A stretch of 64,000 bases of DNA from Eledone cirrhosa (GCA_964016885.1 OZ024741.1:140678001-140742000); one strand, 5' to 3'; counted from the stretch's first letter, positions 44,201-57,226 are shown. Numbers and translations: made by a program. The notes: a model not told the origin generated them from the sequence alone.

Positions 44201-45226
44201 TTCAGAAGTCCCATTTACTGCTGAAATGGAAAACACAGAAAAAGCAAAGCAGGTAAAAGTAACTGCAAAGAAAGAACTGCTACAGAAACTGGCTAAGAAA
44301 TGGCAAGAAAAGTCTCTGTATGGAAAATACCCAGAGCGAGCTAGCAATCCTGATGTTGACAAAACTTTAACCCATCAGTGGTTGGCATGCTCTGGACTGA
44401 AATCGGAGACTGAAGGACTGATTATATCGGCACAAGATCAGTGTCTGCCGACAAAAAATTAGCAAGCCAACATAATAAAAAATGGGTGCAGCCCATTATG
44501 CCGTGTATGCAAAAAACAACCAGAGACCATTGACCATATAATTTCAATGTGCAGTCCTATAGCTCCAACCGAATACCTAAACAGGCATGACAGAGCTGCA
44601 CAATACATACATTGGATAATGTGTAAGCATTTTGACCTGCCCCATCAAAAGAATTGGTGGGAGCATCAACGACCTACCATACTTGAAAAAGATCACATCT
44701 CAATCTTGTGGAACTTTAGCATCCAAACAGACCGAAATATAGATGCAAACAGACCTGATATAATATTGAAAGACTTTCAAAAGAGGGTATGCCTGCTAAT
44801 TGATATGTCTGTTCCAATAGACAAGAATGTATCTATAAAAACATTTGAAAAATTGAGCAACTATAAGGACCTGGAGATAGAAATTGGAAAAATGTGGGAA
44901 TTGCGAACTAAAACAATACCAGTAGTTGTAGGCGCTCTGGGAATGATACCTAAGGGGTCTAATGATTACATATCGCAAATCCCAGGAAACCCGCGTATAG
45001 GAGAAATACAAAAGATAGTATTAATGGGAACTGCACATATACTAAGGAAGATTCTGTCAATATAAGTACATCACAAGTCTAAACACTAAAGATGCATGTG
45101 TGAATATGTATGTTCTTTCTTGAACATGGCGGACCTTGTTGTCTCTTGAGGTCACTGTTTGTGACTTGGTGATAACTCGTATGAACATAAAGCAAGATAA
45201 ATGCAACTGTAATAATAATAATAATA
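41240..45226 (+). mobile_element. R4/Dong-type element, family 2, near full length, disrupted
   Basis: ORFs 41426-42400, 42384-44462 and 44547-45065: [46 protein letters not shown]; (TAA)n tail. The 5' boundary is approximate. Confidence 0.93.
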
Positions 45227-46345
45227 AAACTTGTTGAAAAGCATGACAGAACTAAGAAGCTTCATTCTATCTTGAAGGAGAGCAACAAATATGCTACTGA
45301 TCTCATGCGTGAGACCCAGGCTGGACAGACTAAAGAAACTGATGCAACTGATTCTGCAAGGCACAAAAAATCACTGGCAAAAGCAAAAGGGCAAGGACAA
45401 TTAGCATCAAATTGGGCGCAGAAACCTCTGCATGGCAAATATGTGGCCCATAGCAAACAAGTTGATGTTGAGCAAAAGCACACCCATCAGTGGCTACGTA
45501 TTTCAGGGATAAAGGCGGAGTGTGAAGGCTTCATCTTAGCTGCCCAAGATCAAAGCTTATTGACTCGTAATTACCAGGCCAATTTGATGAGAAACGATGA
45601 GAAACGGAATAAACCAAAAGTTCCGATTCTGCAATGCTGGGGTTGAAACAGTGGCTCACTTAGTCTCTGGATGTAAAATTTTAGCACCAGTAGAATACAA
45701 ATATAGACATGACAGAGTTGGCCAATATCTACACTTTGTAATATGTCAGCATTACAAAATCAAAGCTGAAGACAAGTGGTACAACCATCACCCTGAGGCT
45801 GTAACTGAAGGATAAGAAGTAACAATTCTCTGGAACTTTCCTGTACATAATGAGAGGACCATAACAGCAAATAGACCTGACATAATTATAAAAGATCAAC
45901 ATAACAAGGTCTGTTTGTTGATAGATATGAGCATCCCATGTGAACACAATATTGCGGCAAAAGAATTTGACAAGCTACGAAAATATAAAGATCTGCTTAT
46001 TGAAATTGAGAAAATGTGGCACCTCAATGCCGTTACAATACCAGTGATTGTGGGTGTAATCAAGAAAGGAACAGAAGAATATTTGCGAATGATTCCTGGT
46101 TTGCCCTCTCTGCACGAGGTGTAAAAAATTGTTTGGACTGGTACTGCTCACGCATTGATTAGAGCACTATCGCTGTAAGATTGATATCCCTCCTTGTATT
46201 TATTGTATTTACATATGTTTTTTTTTTGTTTATTTGTTTTTAAACTATAATCAATGTGCTGTATTAACTGGCTTACCAATGTTCACTGTGAGTTCATTTT
46301 CCCTAGGTGTCAGGAAGACACTCGGCATATATCTCAGAAACAATA
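45227..46345 (+). mobile_element. R4/Dong-type element, family 3, 3' fragment
   Basis: KPLHGKY, ECEGFILAAQDQSL, RFC..ETVAHLVSGC, YRHDRVG, LIDMSIP; begins immediately after the (TAA)n tail of the previous element. Confidence 0.85.
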
Positions 46346-46465
46346 ATTGTTTTTACTTTTGGCTCAAGGCCAGCAATTACCCAGTGTATTACTGGTACTT
46401 TATTTTATCGACCCCGTAAGGATGAAAGGCAAAGTTAACCTCGGTGGGATTTGAACTCAGAAACA
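46341..46465 (-). mobile_element. SINE family 1, 5'-truncated
   Basis: Matches the other copies and sits in the AAT tail of the upstream element. Confidence 0.85.
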
Positions 46466-46479
46466 ATAATGAAAGAGAA

Positions 46480-49400
46480 TAAGTCAAAAAGGGCCGCGTC
46501 CCTCAGAGAGGAACTAGTCTGGGGTCGAAAACTCAGCTAATGGTTCAAACCTCCCCATCAATTCGGAGCTGGTGACCTCCCATAACCGGAATACTCCTAC
46601 TGTTGGCCCTCTATGCTCGCCACCATGAAATCCAAAGAAAAAGAGAGAAATAGTCAAGGGAAGACAATAAAGAAGTCCTTGAGGCTTTCTAACACTGTCA
46701 TGTACTACCCATCAAATAGATCGAATACAAAACAGACATATATCAACTGGAAAAAGAAACATACCGAAAACAGAGACTATATTGACAGTAACAAACTAAC
46801 CAATATACGAAGAAATATTGTTAAGAAAAAGTTACTAACTGATATAGAAATTGATCAGATCAAGCTATTAGCGCAAATTCAGCGAAGGGAAAATGAAACA
46901 TGTGTCAGTGAAAACGAGGTAAATTGTAACACTTCAAATCCCTGGGTTGAGGCGGAATCACTGATGGCAAAAGAAAGGATCGAAAAGGTGGAAAGAGTGC
47001 ATGCTCAAGATGAAACTCAAAATGAAAACAATGAGATCGTCAATGATAAAGTAATGAATGAGTATGTACTCGACGACTTGAAGAATGAAATTATGATCGA
47101 ATGGATGAAAATTAAAGAATCTGGCATGGGGGAACGAGACACTCTCCCTAATATCCAGAACTCCAAACAAATCCAAAGGATAATACACAAGACATAACTC
47201 TCGAAAAACATTATCATCACAAATAAACTACACATTACTGATCTAAAATATCTCTATTATGCATCGGCTAAAGTCACCACTCACTTATGTGGAGTGAAAA
47301 TGAAAAATACAAAGGAATTCCCACAAAAACCTACAAGAGAACATCAGTCGCCAAATAAATCTTCTCCAATCTGACATAGAAATTTTAGCAAACTACAAAG
47401 TAGGTGAACATGTTAAACAATCAAAACTTAGAAAATTGAAAAGAAAATACAGTATAAAATCAACAAGACATGCTGATAGAAACAATCAAGCAAAAGGTAT
47501 CGGCCAAAGCTGCTCGTATAAGGCGCTTTGAAGAACGATCTAGATACTATAAGAACAATAATATGTTCAAAACCAACTAAAGAAACTTCTACAGAAAATT
47601 TGGTAAGTCAACAATAACTGCTAAATCAACCAAGGAGAATTCTGGGAAAAGATCTGGGGCGAAGAAAAAGTTCATAATATGCATGCCCCATGGATAGACA
47701 GACAAATGAAAGATACAGCTCACCTTGAGGAACAAACATGGGAAAATATAACAGTTGAACATCAGCATTTAGCTCTTAAAAAATCCAGCAAATGGAAATC
47801 CCGAGGGAAAGAAAAAATAACAATTTTTTTTATAAATGCCTTCACAGAGTCTCATGAGCTGTTATCCCAACTTTACAATGGTTAAGGAGCCAGAAAAGAT
47901 ACCATCATGGCTAGTTAACGGCATTACATTCCTACTTCCGAAGAATGATGAGACAAACAATCCCAAAAATTACGGACCGATAACTTGCTTGACCACAATG
48001 TATAAAATGTTAACATCAGTCCTAACTGAATATACATATGATCACCTGATAGCAAAGGATTTAATTCCCAATGAGAAGAAAGGGTGTAAACGAGGCTCAT
48101 ATGGCTGTAAGGATCAGCTTTTGTTTAACAAAATGATACTGGAAGATTGTCATAATAGACATAAAAATCTATCAGTTGCTTGGATAGATTACAAAAAAGC
48201 ATTCGATAGTTTGCCACACAGTTGGATTAAAAAATGTTTAGAGATTTTCAAAATATCTCCCGTTGTCAGGAGGTTCCTGTCATTCAGTATGGGAAACGAC
48301 ACTCCTTTTGAATAGTGGAAAAACATCACTGGAAGCTGGAGAAGTTAATATTAATTGTGGAATTTTTCAGGGTGACTCTTTATCACCGCTTTTATTCCGC
48401 ATCCCACTTATACCATTAAGTAAAATACTCAATGAAACAAAACATGGATATAAAGTCTATGACAAAACCATTAATCACTTGTTCTACATGGATGACCTGA
48501 AACTATTTGCAAAAAATGATGAACAATTGCAAGGGCTATTATCCACTGAGGAGCAGTCAGTGATAACATTAAAATGGAGTTTGGAATAGATAGATACGCC
48601 AAAGCAACGTTCACCAGAGGAAAGCTGCTGAAAAGTTCAGACATTAATCTTGATCGGGGGAATGTGATAAGAGAACTTGATCAAGAGGAAACTTACAAAT
48701 ATCTAGGTGTTTGTGAAGGAGACGGAATCAAACACTCGACAATGAAGGAAAAGATAAGGAAGGAATGTTACCGCAGAGTAAGAGCAATCTTAAGAACGGA
48801 ATTGAATGCAAGGAATAGGATCGATGCCATAAACACTCTTGCCATACCAGTAGTAACCTACCGTTTCGATGACATCAACTGGTCAAGCAGAGACCCGTAG
48901 GCTCGATACAAAAATTAGAAGATTCTTAACCATGCACAGAATGCACACCCTAAGGCAGATGCAGATAGAATATATCTCCCTAGGAAAGAAGGAGGACGTG
49001 GATTAATCCAGTTAGATATTGCGTTGAAAACTGCAACAATTGGATTATCTACATATCTAAGGGAATCACATGATTGGATGATCAAACTCGTTTTGAAACA
49101 TGAAAGCATCAAAAGATCATATTCCATTTCAAAAGATGCACAAAGATACAGTAATGAACTACACATTTCAGAAGTTCCATTTCCTGCTGAAATGAAAAAC
49201 ACTGAAAAAGCAAAGCAGGTAAAAGTAACTGCAAAGAAAAAACTGCTACAGAAACTGGCTAAGAAATGGCAAGAAAAGTCTCTGTATGGAAAATACCCAG
49301 AAAGAACTAACAATCCTGATGTTGACAACATTTTAACGCATCAGTGGTTGGCATCCTCTCGACTTAAATCGGAGACCGAAAGACTGATTATATCAGCACA

Positions 49401-50150
49401 AGATCAGTGTCTGCCAACAAAAAATTATCAACCCAACATAATAAAAAATGGATTGAACCCATTATGCCATGTATGTAAAAAACAACCAGAGACCATTGAT
49501 CATATAATTTCTATGTGCAGTCCTATAGCTCCAACCAAATACCTAAACAGGCACGACAGAGCTGTACAATACATACATTGTATAATGTGTAAGCATTTTG
49601 ACCTGCCCCATCAAAAGAATTGGTGGGAGCATCAACCACCTCACGCTCTTGAAAAAGATTACGTCTCAATCTTGGGGAACTTTAGCATCCAAACAGACCG
49701 AAAAATAGATGCAAATAGACCTGATATAATACTGAAGGACTTTAAAAAGAGGTTATGCCTGCTAATTGATATGTCCGTTCCAATAGACAAGAATGTATCT
49801 ATAAAAACATTTGAAAAATTGAGCAAGACTAAAGACCTGGAGATAGAAATTGGTTTTAGGCGCTCTAGGAATGATACCTAAGGGGTCTAATGATTACTTA
49901 TCGCAAATCCCAGGAAACCCGCGTATAGGAGAAATACAAAAAATAATACTAATGGGAACTGCCGATATACTAAGGAAGATTCTGTCAATATAAGTACATC
50001 ATAAGTCTAAACACCTAAAGATGCATGTGTGTGTATGTATGTTCTTTCTTGAATATGGCAGTCCTTATTGTCTCTTGAGGTGACTGGTTGTGACTTGGTG
50101 ATAACTCGTGTGAACATAAAGCAAGATAAATGCAACTGTAATGATAATAA
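46480..50150 (+). mobile_element. R4/Dong-type element, family 2, second more decayed copy
   Basis: Colinear with 41470-45210; many frameshifts; FYMDDLK; same 3' end gataaatgcaactg(taa)n. Confidence 0.92.
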
Positions 50151-50558
50151 TTGTTTCTGCTTTAGGCACAAGGCCAGCAATTACCCAGTTCATTACTGGT
50201 ACTTTATTTTATCGACCCCGTAAGGATGAAAGGCAAAGTCAACCTCGGCGGAATTTGAACTCAGATCGTAAAGGGAACTCAGACTGTAATAATAATAATT
50301 GTTTCTACTTTTGGCACAAGGCCAGCAAATACCCAGTGCCTTACTGGTACTTCATTTTATCGACCCCGTAAGGAGGAATTAATAGTAATAATAATTGTTT
50401 CTACTTTTGGCACAAGGCCACCAATTATCCAGTACATTACTGGTACTCTATTTTATCGACCCCGTAAGGATGAAAGGCAAAGTCAACCTCGGCGGGATTT
50501 GAACTCAGACCGTAAAGCATGGCGTCCGACTCTCTACCGATACTGCCAATCCACCGCC
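50148..50558 (-). mobile_element. Three tandem SINE family 1 units (two truncated, one with both A and B boxes) separated by AAT spacers
   Basis: aataattgtttct..ggcacaaggcca is repeated at ~50148, ~50294 and ~50389. Confidence 0.88.
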
Positions 50559-50699
50559 CTTACTGCCTAAATAATGATAATAAATGCAGACTAAAATGCG
50601 GAGAGGGCTCCATAAGAATGATACAGCAAATATATACATCTTCTATGCCGTCTCCTCTCCTTCTGTCTTGTCCTTCTGTACATTCTGCTTCCTGTATGT

Positions 50700-50770
50700 C
50701 TTTTCTTCTTCTTCTTTTTCTTCTTCTTCTTCTTCTTTTTCTTCTTCTTCTTCTTCTTCTTCTTCTTCTT

Positions 50771-50800
<30 letters not shown>
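50700..50800. repeat. (TTC)n microsatellite
   Basis: Read directly. Confidence 0.95.
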
Positions 50801-50801
<1 letters not shown>

Positions 50802-51285
50802 TCTTACCACGTTTTCCATCTCTTCCTATCTATTCTCCTATGCATCTTTTCTTTCTTAATCTACTCTTTCTAATATACACACCTCTTCTTTTATCACATC
50901 CTGCCCATTCTTCTTATTCATTGTCTTTGCACTGATAGTCACCTACTTAAGGTCCTCAAATGACATTTGTGCATAGTCTTTCATATTCTCCTCCCACTGC
51001 CAATATCCATATAAGGAGGAAATATGGAATATGTATTTGCATGGTCTGTCTATTTTTGCATCTACCCTGTTTATATACTACCAATAAAGATTGTACCTTC
51101 ATTGTTTCCGAAGAAAACGATCTGATCGAACCTATATATGATGCCTGATTGTATAAAGTTATATAACTGCTATAGATCAGACAATATGTCAATATGATCA
51201 ACCCTCCTAAACGATCGTAAAACAATGATATGAATAGGTAAAATATCTCGACTTTGTTATTATTTTCATTGTTAAATTAATACCA

Positions 51286-51390
<105 letters not shown>

Positions 51391-51904
51391 TAAAAGAATA
51401 GAGGTGTAACACACAAGTTATTATATATTGGTAAACGGAATAGAAAATGCTGACAAATTGTTCACAGTTGAAAAATGGTTTAATTAGGAATAAAAGAGTA
51501 TTAGTGATTGTATGGGTTAGTATTCAGTTGTGGTTTTAAGTTTTTAAGTTTTTACCGGTTGCGCATTTCTAAATGCTTTTCAAAAATAATTTTGAGATAG
51601 AGTGTCCGTGCTGTTTGCTCTGATCTGATTAGTTTTGGGAATTCTACCTGTTTTTATGTTAAAAAAGTGGCTCCAGCGTTATTTTTTGTGTTGCAAAAAT
51701 GCTTGTGGTCAAAATAATTTTGATTGGTCGGTAGAGGTCATGTGAATGTAAAAAGTTGATTTTGCGCCAAGACTGTTTTTATGTTAAAAAAGTGGCTCCA
51801 GCAAAAAATCTTGGTCAAAACAATTTTGATTGGTCGGTAGAGGTCATGTGGATAAAAAATTGGTTTTGCGCCAAGATTGAGAAATGAATCTTTCACAACA
51901 AATA

Positions 51905-51949
<45 letters not shown>

Positions 51950-52548
51950 TGTAGTAGTAGTAATAAGGTGTTCGATGCTGCGACAATGGCCAGCAGCGAT
52001 GTGTGTCAAATGGCTATTAAGATAAGTGTGTGTGTGGGGGGGGGGGTGTATATAGCAGAGTCATTCGAAGTTCAAAAGATATTTTTCAGCTTTTGTCTTA
52101 TACGGAGAAGTGCGTGTGTGTGTGTGTGTGTATAAGTCTCTTTGTATGTTGATGTACGCGTGTGTATGTGTTTGTGTATATATGTGTGTGTGGGGTGGTG
52201 GGTGGGGGTGGGGGTGGACCAGTATTTTTTCCCCCTGGTAAAATGGTGTACATTATTCGATTTTTTCAGTAAAATCGGTTCTCTTAATAGAACATCAAAA
52301 ATCTTAACAATAAAAGGTGTGAAATGATATTCACTATATATATATATATACACACATACATATATTCACTACATATATATATATATATATACATATATAC
52401 ATATATACATACATATATATGCACATATATTTTTTTTGTATTGCACCATAGAGCATGTGTGTTTACGTGTGTCATTGTGTTTATATGTGGGTAGAGATGT
52501 GTGCTGATGTAGGTATGTATGTTGACGTGTGTATGTTGTGGGTTCGTC

Positions 52549-54877
52549 TTAGGGAGAAGTGTTTAGACGGGGTCCGTATTTGTTAATGAAGTAAGATTCC
52601 TTGCTGATGCGCTGGGTGTGGGTGGCATTATCTTTAAATTCGTAGAGGGGAAAGATTCTGAAGTTGGGATGATTTTGGGCGGCACAGGTATCAATGTGTT
52701 CACTCAGTGGTATTTTCCTGTATTCCCGTATTTTAATTTGGGATCTATGGACAGTCATGCGTTGGCGGAGGCTGTTTTTGGTCTGGCCTATGTATTGTTC
52801 TCGACAACCTGAACAAGTTAATACATATATTAGATTTTCCGATGCACATGTGAAATTGTGTTTTACTATAAAACGTTGTCCATCTTTGAAATAGAATTCC
52901 GAACCCTCTATTAGGTTGATGCAAATGCCACAGTTGGGTCTATCACATTTTTTTACTGTGGGTTTCGTTGTTGTGGTTGGCAGTACTTTGGCATGTGTTA
53001 AGATGTTTTTCATTGACTTGGATTGTCTTTTGCTCTTTATGATATCGTGTGTTCGTAGAATTTGGTTCATTCTATGGTCCTTTTTCAATACAGGGATGTT
53101 CTGGAGGATGGTGTCAAAGGCCTCATTGTTGAGGGGGTTGTGTGTGGAGATGTATGGAAAAGCTTTTAGTTTCAGTTGATTTACTTACTTTAGGGTGTCT
53201 AAGGTCCTGGGTACTGAGGTTTAGGGCACGTTGGATTCCATTGTCAATTAGTGATGCAGGGTAGTCCCTGCCTATGAGTGTGTCCTTTAGTTCTTGTAGC
53301 CGTAAGTAGCAGATGTTTTTATTGGAGACTATAGTACAGATTCTCTTGGCTAAGTTGTAGGGAATATTAATTTTAATGTGTCTAGGGTGGCAAGAGTTGA
53401 AGGGGAGATATTGCTTGGAGTCTGTGGGCTTGTAGTATATGTCTGTTTCTATTTTTTTGTTATGGATCTTAATGAGGATGTCGAGGAAGGGGAGTTGTTG
53501 ATGGATGTATTCCATCGTAAAGTTAATATTTGTGTTGAGCCCATTTATAAGGGTGTGAAATTCTTTAAGTTTTTCGATGTTTTCGTGCCAAAGGATGAAG
53601 CAGTCATCTAGATATCGCTTCCAGTTCCTTTCAATGTGTAAGTGGAGGGTGTTTCCAAATTTGTTTAGGACTTTAGTGTAGAGGGTGATTTCCAGGTATC
53701 CCATGACTAGGTTGGCATAAGTAGGGGCTGTTTTCGTTCCCATAGCGGTCCCAGATTTCTGCCTGTAGGGTTTGTTATTGAAAACGAAGTAATTGTTCTC
53801 CAAGATAAATTTGAGTCCCTCTATCACGAATTCTTTTTTGATGCGTTGTGGGAGTTCATTGTGGAAATTATCCAGCCAGAATTGGATAGCTTCTATTCCT
53901 AGGTTGTGGGGGATGTTGGAGTATAGGTTGACTACATCGAACGTCACTAGTAGGGTTTGTTCAGAAAGTGGCATATTAGGGAGGTGATTGAGCATATCTA
54001 GGTCGTCCCTTATATAGCTTTTGATGTGCTTGAGGAAGGGTTTGAGAAGGGTATCAATGAAGTTGCTAAGACGGTGCGTTTCGCAAGCAGGGCCTGCTAT
54101 TATAGGTCTTAATTTGAGATCATTGGGTGAGGGGACATTGATGACTATGTCTGTGTCTTCCTTGCATGCCTTACTGATTGATTCACTTTTATGTACTTTA
54201 GGGATACCGTAGAAAAGGCTGGATTTACTTGTGAAGTCTGTGATGAAGCTGAATTCCTTGTTAGTGAGTCCTTCTTTGTATTGGTTGATTAGAGTTTTTA
54301 GGTTTCTCATAATTTTCTGTTGATTGTAGTGTTCAGCCTTTTCGTAGTATGTTTCGTTTTCCAAAGTGGAGAGCGCTAGGTTGATATAGAATTCTGTCTC
54401 CATTACGACTACTGTACTCCCTTTATCGGCCTCTTTAATTGTAATGGTTCTGTCGGTTTTTAATCTATTTAATTCTTCCCATTCTTTCTTGTTGAGGTTT
54501 GGCTTGTGTTTTTGTCTGTGCAAGTGTTGGTAAGGGAAGTTTGTGATGTGTTCACAGAATTCGTCCAGGATTTTATTTATCCCTTTTGAAGGGGTGTAAT
54601 TGCTTCTATTTCTGGCTAATGATTCATCCTCATTGTACTGGTCGAATAGTTGTTCACTAAGTCGTAACTTTCTACAGAAGTCTGTGATGTCTTCCTTCAT
54701 TTCATAGTAGTTAAGACGTAGTGGGGTCGGTGTGAATTTAAGACCTTTGGAGAGTAAGTTGATAAGGTTGGGTGTTGGTTCTGCACTAGTAAGATTGATA
54801 ATTTTTATTACTATCGGTTTCTCCTCCCTGTCTTGTGTTATTTTGTTTGCCTGTATCTGTGTGCTGTGTCTAAAAAA
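52549..54877 (-). pseudogene. Penelope RT + Cys-rich linker + GIY-YIG endonuclease, broken by a 4-bp duplication near 53185
   Basis: IINL..LLSKGLKFTPTP, IKEADKG, DVVNLYSNIP, GTAMGTKTAP, RYLDD, KCDRPNCGIC, NLIYVLTCSGCREQYIGQT. The + strand copy near 14900 lacks the extra AGTA and reads through. Confidence 0.92.
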
Positions 54878-56145
54878 TGGTTGGGGTAGAGGGGTTGTCT
54901 GCTGATGTTAAGTGGTCTCCTGTGTTTGTTATATTCCTTGTTGTAAAATGTGGTTCGGGTTGGTGGTTGTAGATTGAATGGGGTGTTCCTGTACTGCGAG
55001 TATGGGTGTGTGTTTCTATGTGCCATGTTGTATTGTGGTGTTATAAGTGGCCTACGTGGTTGGTTGTATCGTGTGGTGTGGGTTTGTTGTGTATTGTGGA
55101 AGTGAGAGTTGAGTAAATGGTAATTACCTTGCTGTCCCCTTGAAGCGGGGAAGTTGTTGCATCTATCATGGCGGTGGTATCTTTTCCCTATGTTTGACGA
55201 TGAGGAATCCGCGTAGTAGTTGAGTGATTTGGTATGGTGTCTCCTTGAAGGGGGAAAGTTGTAAATGTCATTCTGGGGGAGATGATTTCTTGGGTTTTTG
55301 TTCCTTCTTATGGTAGCGAGGTTGGGAAGTTCATCTTCGGTGTGGTGCTTCCTTCTTCGTTTGTTTGAGGCTTGGGGGTTTGAGAAGTTGTTGTGCGATT
55401 CAGTTATGGATTTTCCTATTTTTATGAACGGGTTATTGGAGGTGTAATCCGTTTGAAAAGTCGATTCATAGTGTCGGAACCAAGCGGCACTTTTTTCCCA
55501 GCGTTGAAGGGATTTCAGTTCTTCTCTGTTGCAGTCCCCTTTCCATAATTTGGAGATCTTCTCTACCTTGGGGCCTTCAGTTTTGTTGTTGATTTCCAGG
55601 AGGATCTCTTCATCGATGGTTTTGATTTTTTCCTCATTTGTCTGGGCCCTCAGTTTAAGAAGTTCAATTTCTGTCTTCATCTTTTCCAATGCCATTCTTT
55701 CCCTAAGGTGTCTTTGAGATTCGGGTTCATTTGGAATGGACTTTATTTGTAGTTTACGGGGGAGAGTTAGAGGGGTTGAGTTAAGCCATTTTTCATATAT
55801 CTCTGCTTTGTTGTGATTTTGTATCATCTTCCAGAATGAGAACTTTCTGTCTCTGAGGGATTTGTTCCATTTTGGAATTGTTCGAATTTTCATTTTGTGT
55901 GAATCAATCTCACAGGGTTCTTCGTTGGTTTTCCCTGCGTTGGTAGTAGTGAACATAGTTTGGATAGTATCGCAAAGGTTTTGGAGTTTGTCGCCGATTT
56001 GGGAGGGTTTGTATCCGGTGGCGGTTTCCTTATTTGTGGAGTCAAGTTTGTCGACCAGCAAAGATAGGTTGGTGTTGATTTTCTTGAGTTCCTGTAGGAT
56101 CTCTTCATTTGAGTTGATGAGGGTTGTATCCGTTTTTGTTGGCAT
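54838..56145 (-). CDS. Penelope upstream ORF1 (435 aa from first ATG): helical/coiled-coil-like N-half, basic low-complexity C-half
   Basis: Uninterrupted ORF starting just after the 5' pLTR; heptad-like ILQELKKINTNLSLLVDKL and LEKMKTEIELLKLRAQTNEEKIKTIDEEI. Function not recognised. Confidence 0.75.
   Translation of the reverse strand: MPTKTDTTLINSNEEILQELKKINTNLSLLVDKLDSTNKETATGYKPSQIGDKLQNLCDTIQTMFTTTNAGKTNEEPCEIDSHKMKIRTIPKWNKSLRDRKFSFWKMIQNHNKAEIYEKWLNSTPLTLPRKLQIKSIPNEPESQRHLRERMALEKMKTEIELLKLRAQTNEEKIKTIDEEILLEINNKTEGPKVEKISKLWKGDCNREELKSLQRWEKSAAWFRHYESTFQTDYTSNNPFIKIGKSITESHNNFSNPQASNKRRRKHHTEDELPNLATIRRNKNPRNHLPQNDIYNFPPSRRHHTKSLNYYADSSSSNIGKRYHRHDRCNNFPASRGQQGNYHLLNSHFHNTQQTHTTRYNQPRRPLITPQYNMAHRNTHPYSQYRNTPFNLQPPTRTTFYNKEYNKHRRPLNISRQPLYPNHFLDTAHRYRQTK
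54871..54877 (-). promoter_or_regulatory. Candidate -1 programmed ribosomal frameshift heptamer U-UUU-UUA
   Basis: caT TTT TTA gac is in ORF1 phase, and the -1 frame is open from here into the RT ORF. Confidence 0.7.
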
Positions 56146-56704
56146 TTTCTGTATCTCGTGTGAGGATATGATAGTTAAAAGAATAGAGGTGTAACACACA
56201 AGTTATTATATATTGGTAAACGGAATAGAAAATGCTGACAAATTGTTCACAGTTGAAAAATGGTTTAATTAGGAATAAAAGAGTATTAGTGATTGTATGG
56301 GTTAGTATTCAGTTGTGGTTTTAAGTTTTTAAATTTTTACCGGTTGCGCATTTCTAAATGCTTTTCAAAAATAATTTTGAGATAGAGTGTCCGTGCTGTT
56401 TGTTCTGATCTGATTAGTTTTGGGAATTCTACCTGTTTTTATGTTAAAAAAGTGGCTCCAGCGTTATTTTTGTGTTGCAAAAATGCTTGTGGTCAAAACA
56501 ATTTTGATTGGTCGGTAGAGGTCATGTGAATGTAAAAAGTTGATTTTGCGCCAAGACTGTTTTTATGTTAAAAAAGTGGCTCCAGCAAAAATTCTTGGTC
56601 AAAACAATTTTGATTGGTCGGTAGAGGTCATGTGGATAAAAAAATTGGTTTTGCGCCAAGATTGAGAAATGACTCTTTCACAACAAATATGTGTGTGTGC
56701 GTGT

Positions 56705-56757
<53 letters not shown>

Positions 56758-56870
56758 TGTGTGTGTGTGTGTGTGCGTGTGTGTATGTGTGTGTGTAGTA
56801 GTAGTAGTAATAAGGTGTTCGATGCTGCGACAATGGCCAGCAGCGATGTGTGTCAAATGGCTATTAAGAT

Positions 56871-56912
<42 letters not shown>

Positions 56913-57190
56913 ATAGCAGAGTCATTCGAAGGTCAAAAGATATTTTTCAGCTTTGTTTTGACCAAGAATTTTTGCTGGAGCCACTTTTTAAAAAAAAAAA
57001 CAGTCTTGGCGCAAAATCAACTTTTTACATTCACATGACCTCTACCGACCAATCAAAATTGTTTTGACCACAAGCATTTTTGCAATTCAAAAATAACGCT
57101 GGAGCCACTTTTTTAACATAAAAACAGGTAAAATTCCCAAAACTAATCAGATCAGAGCAAACACCACGGACACTCTATCTCAAAATTATT

Positions 57191-57226
57191 TTTGAAAAGC
57201 ATTTAGAAATGCGCAACCGGTAAAAA
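57191..57226 (+). ncRNA. Hammerhead-like fold with atypical core in the pLTR (also ~16660-16695 +, ~51551-51590 -, ~56334-56372 -)
   Basis: TTT-TTGAAAA-GCATT taga AATGC-GCAA-CCGG-TA-AAA; stem I is weak. Confidence 0.4.

Noticed and set aside
51700-51900. Repeat-spacer-like ~110-bp duplications (ttttgattggtcggtagaggtcatgtg)
   Set aside because: Internal tandem duplication in the PLE pLTR; not CRISPR (two units, no unique spacers, eukaryotic context).
53123-53190. Apparent separate RT and GIY-YIG ORFs, or a second programmed frameshift
   Set aside because: Caused by a private 4-bp duplication (AAAGTAAGTAAATC versus AAAGTAAATC in the + copy near 14900).
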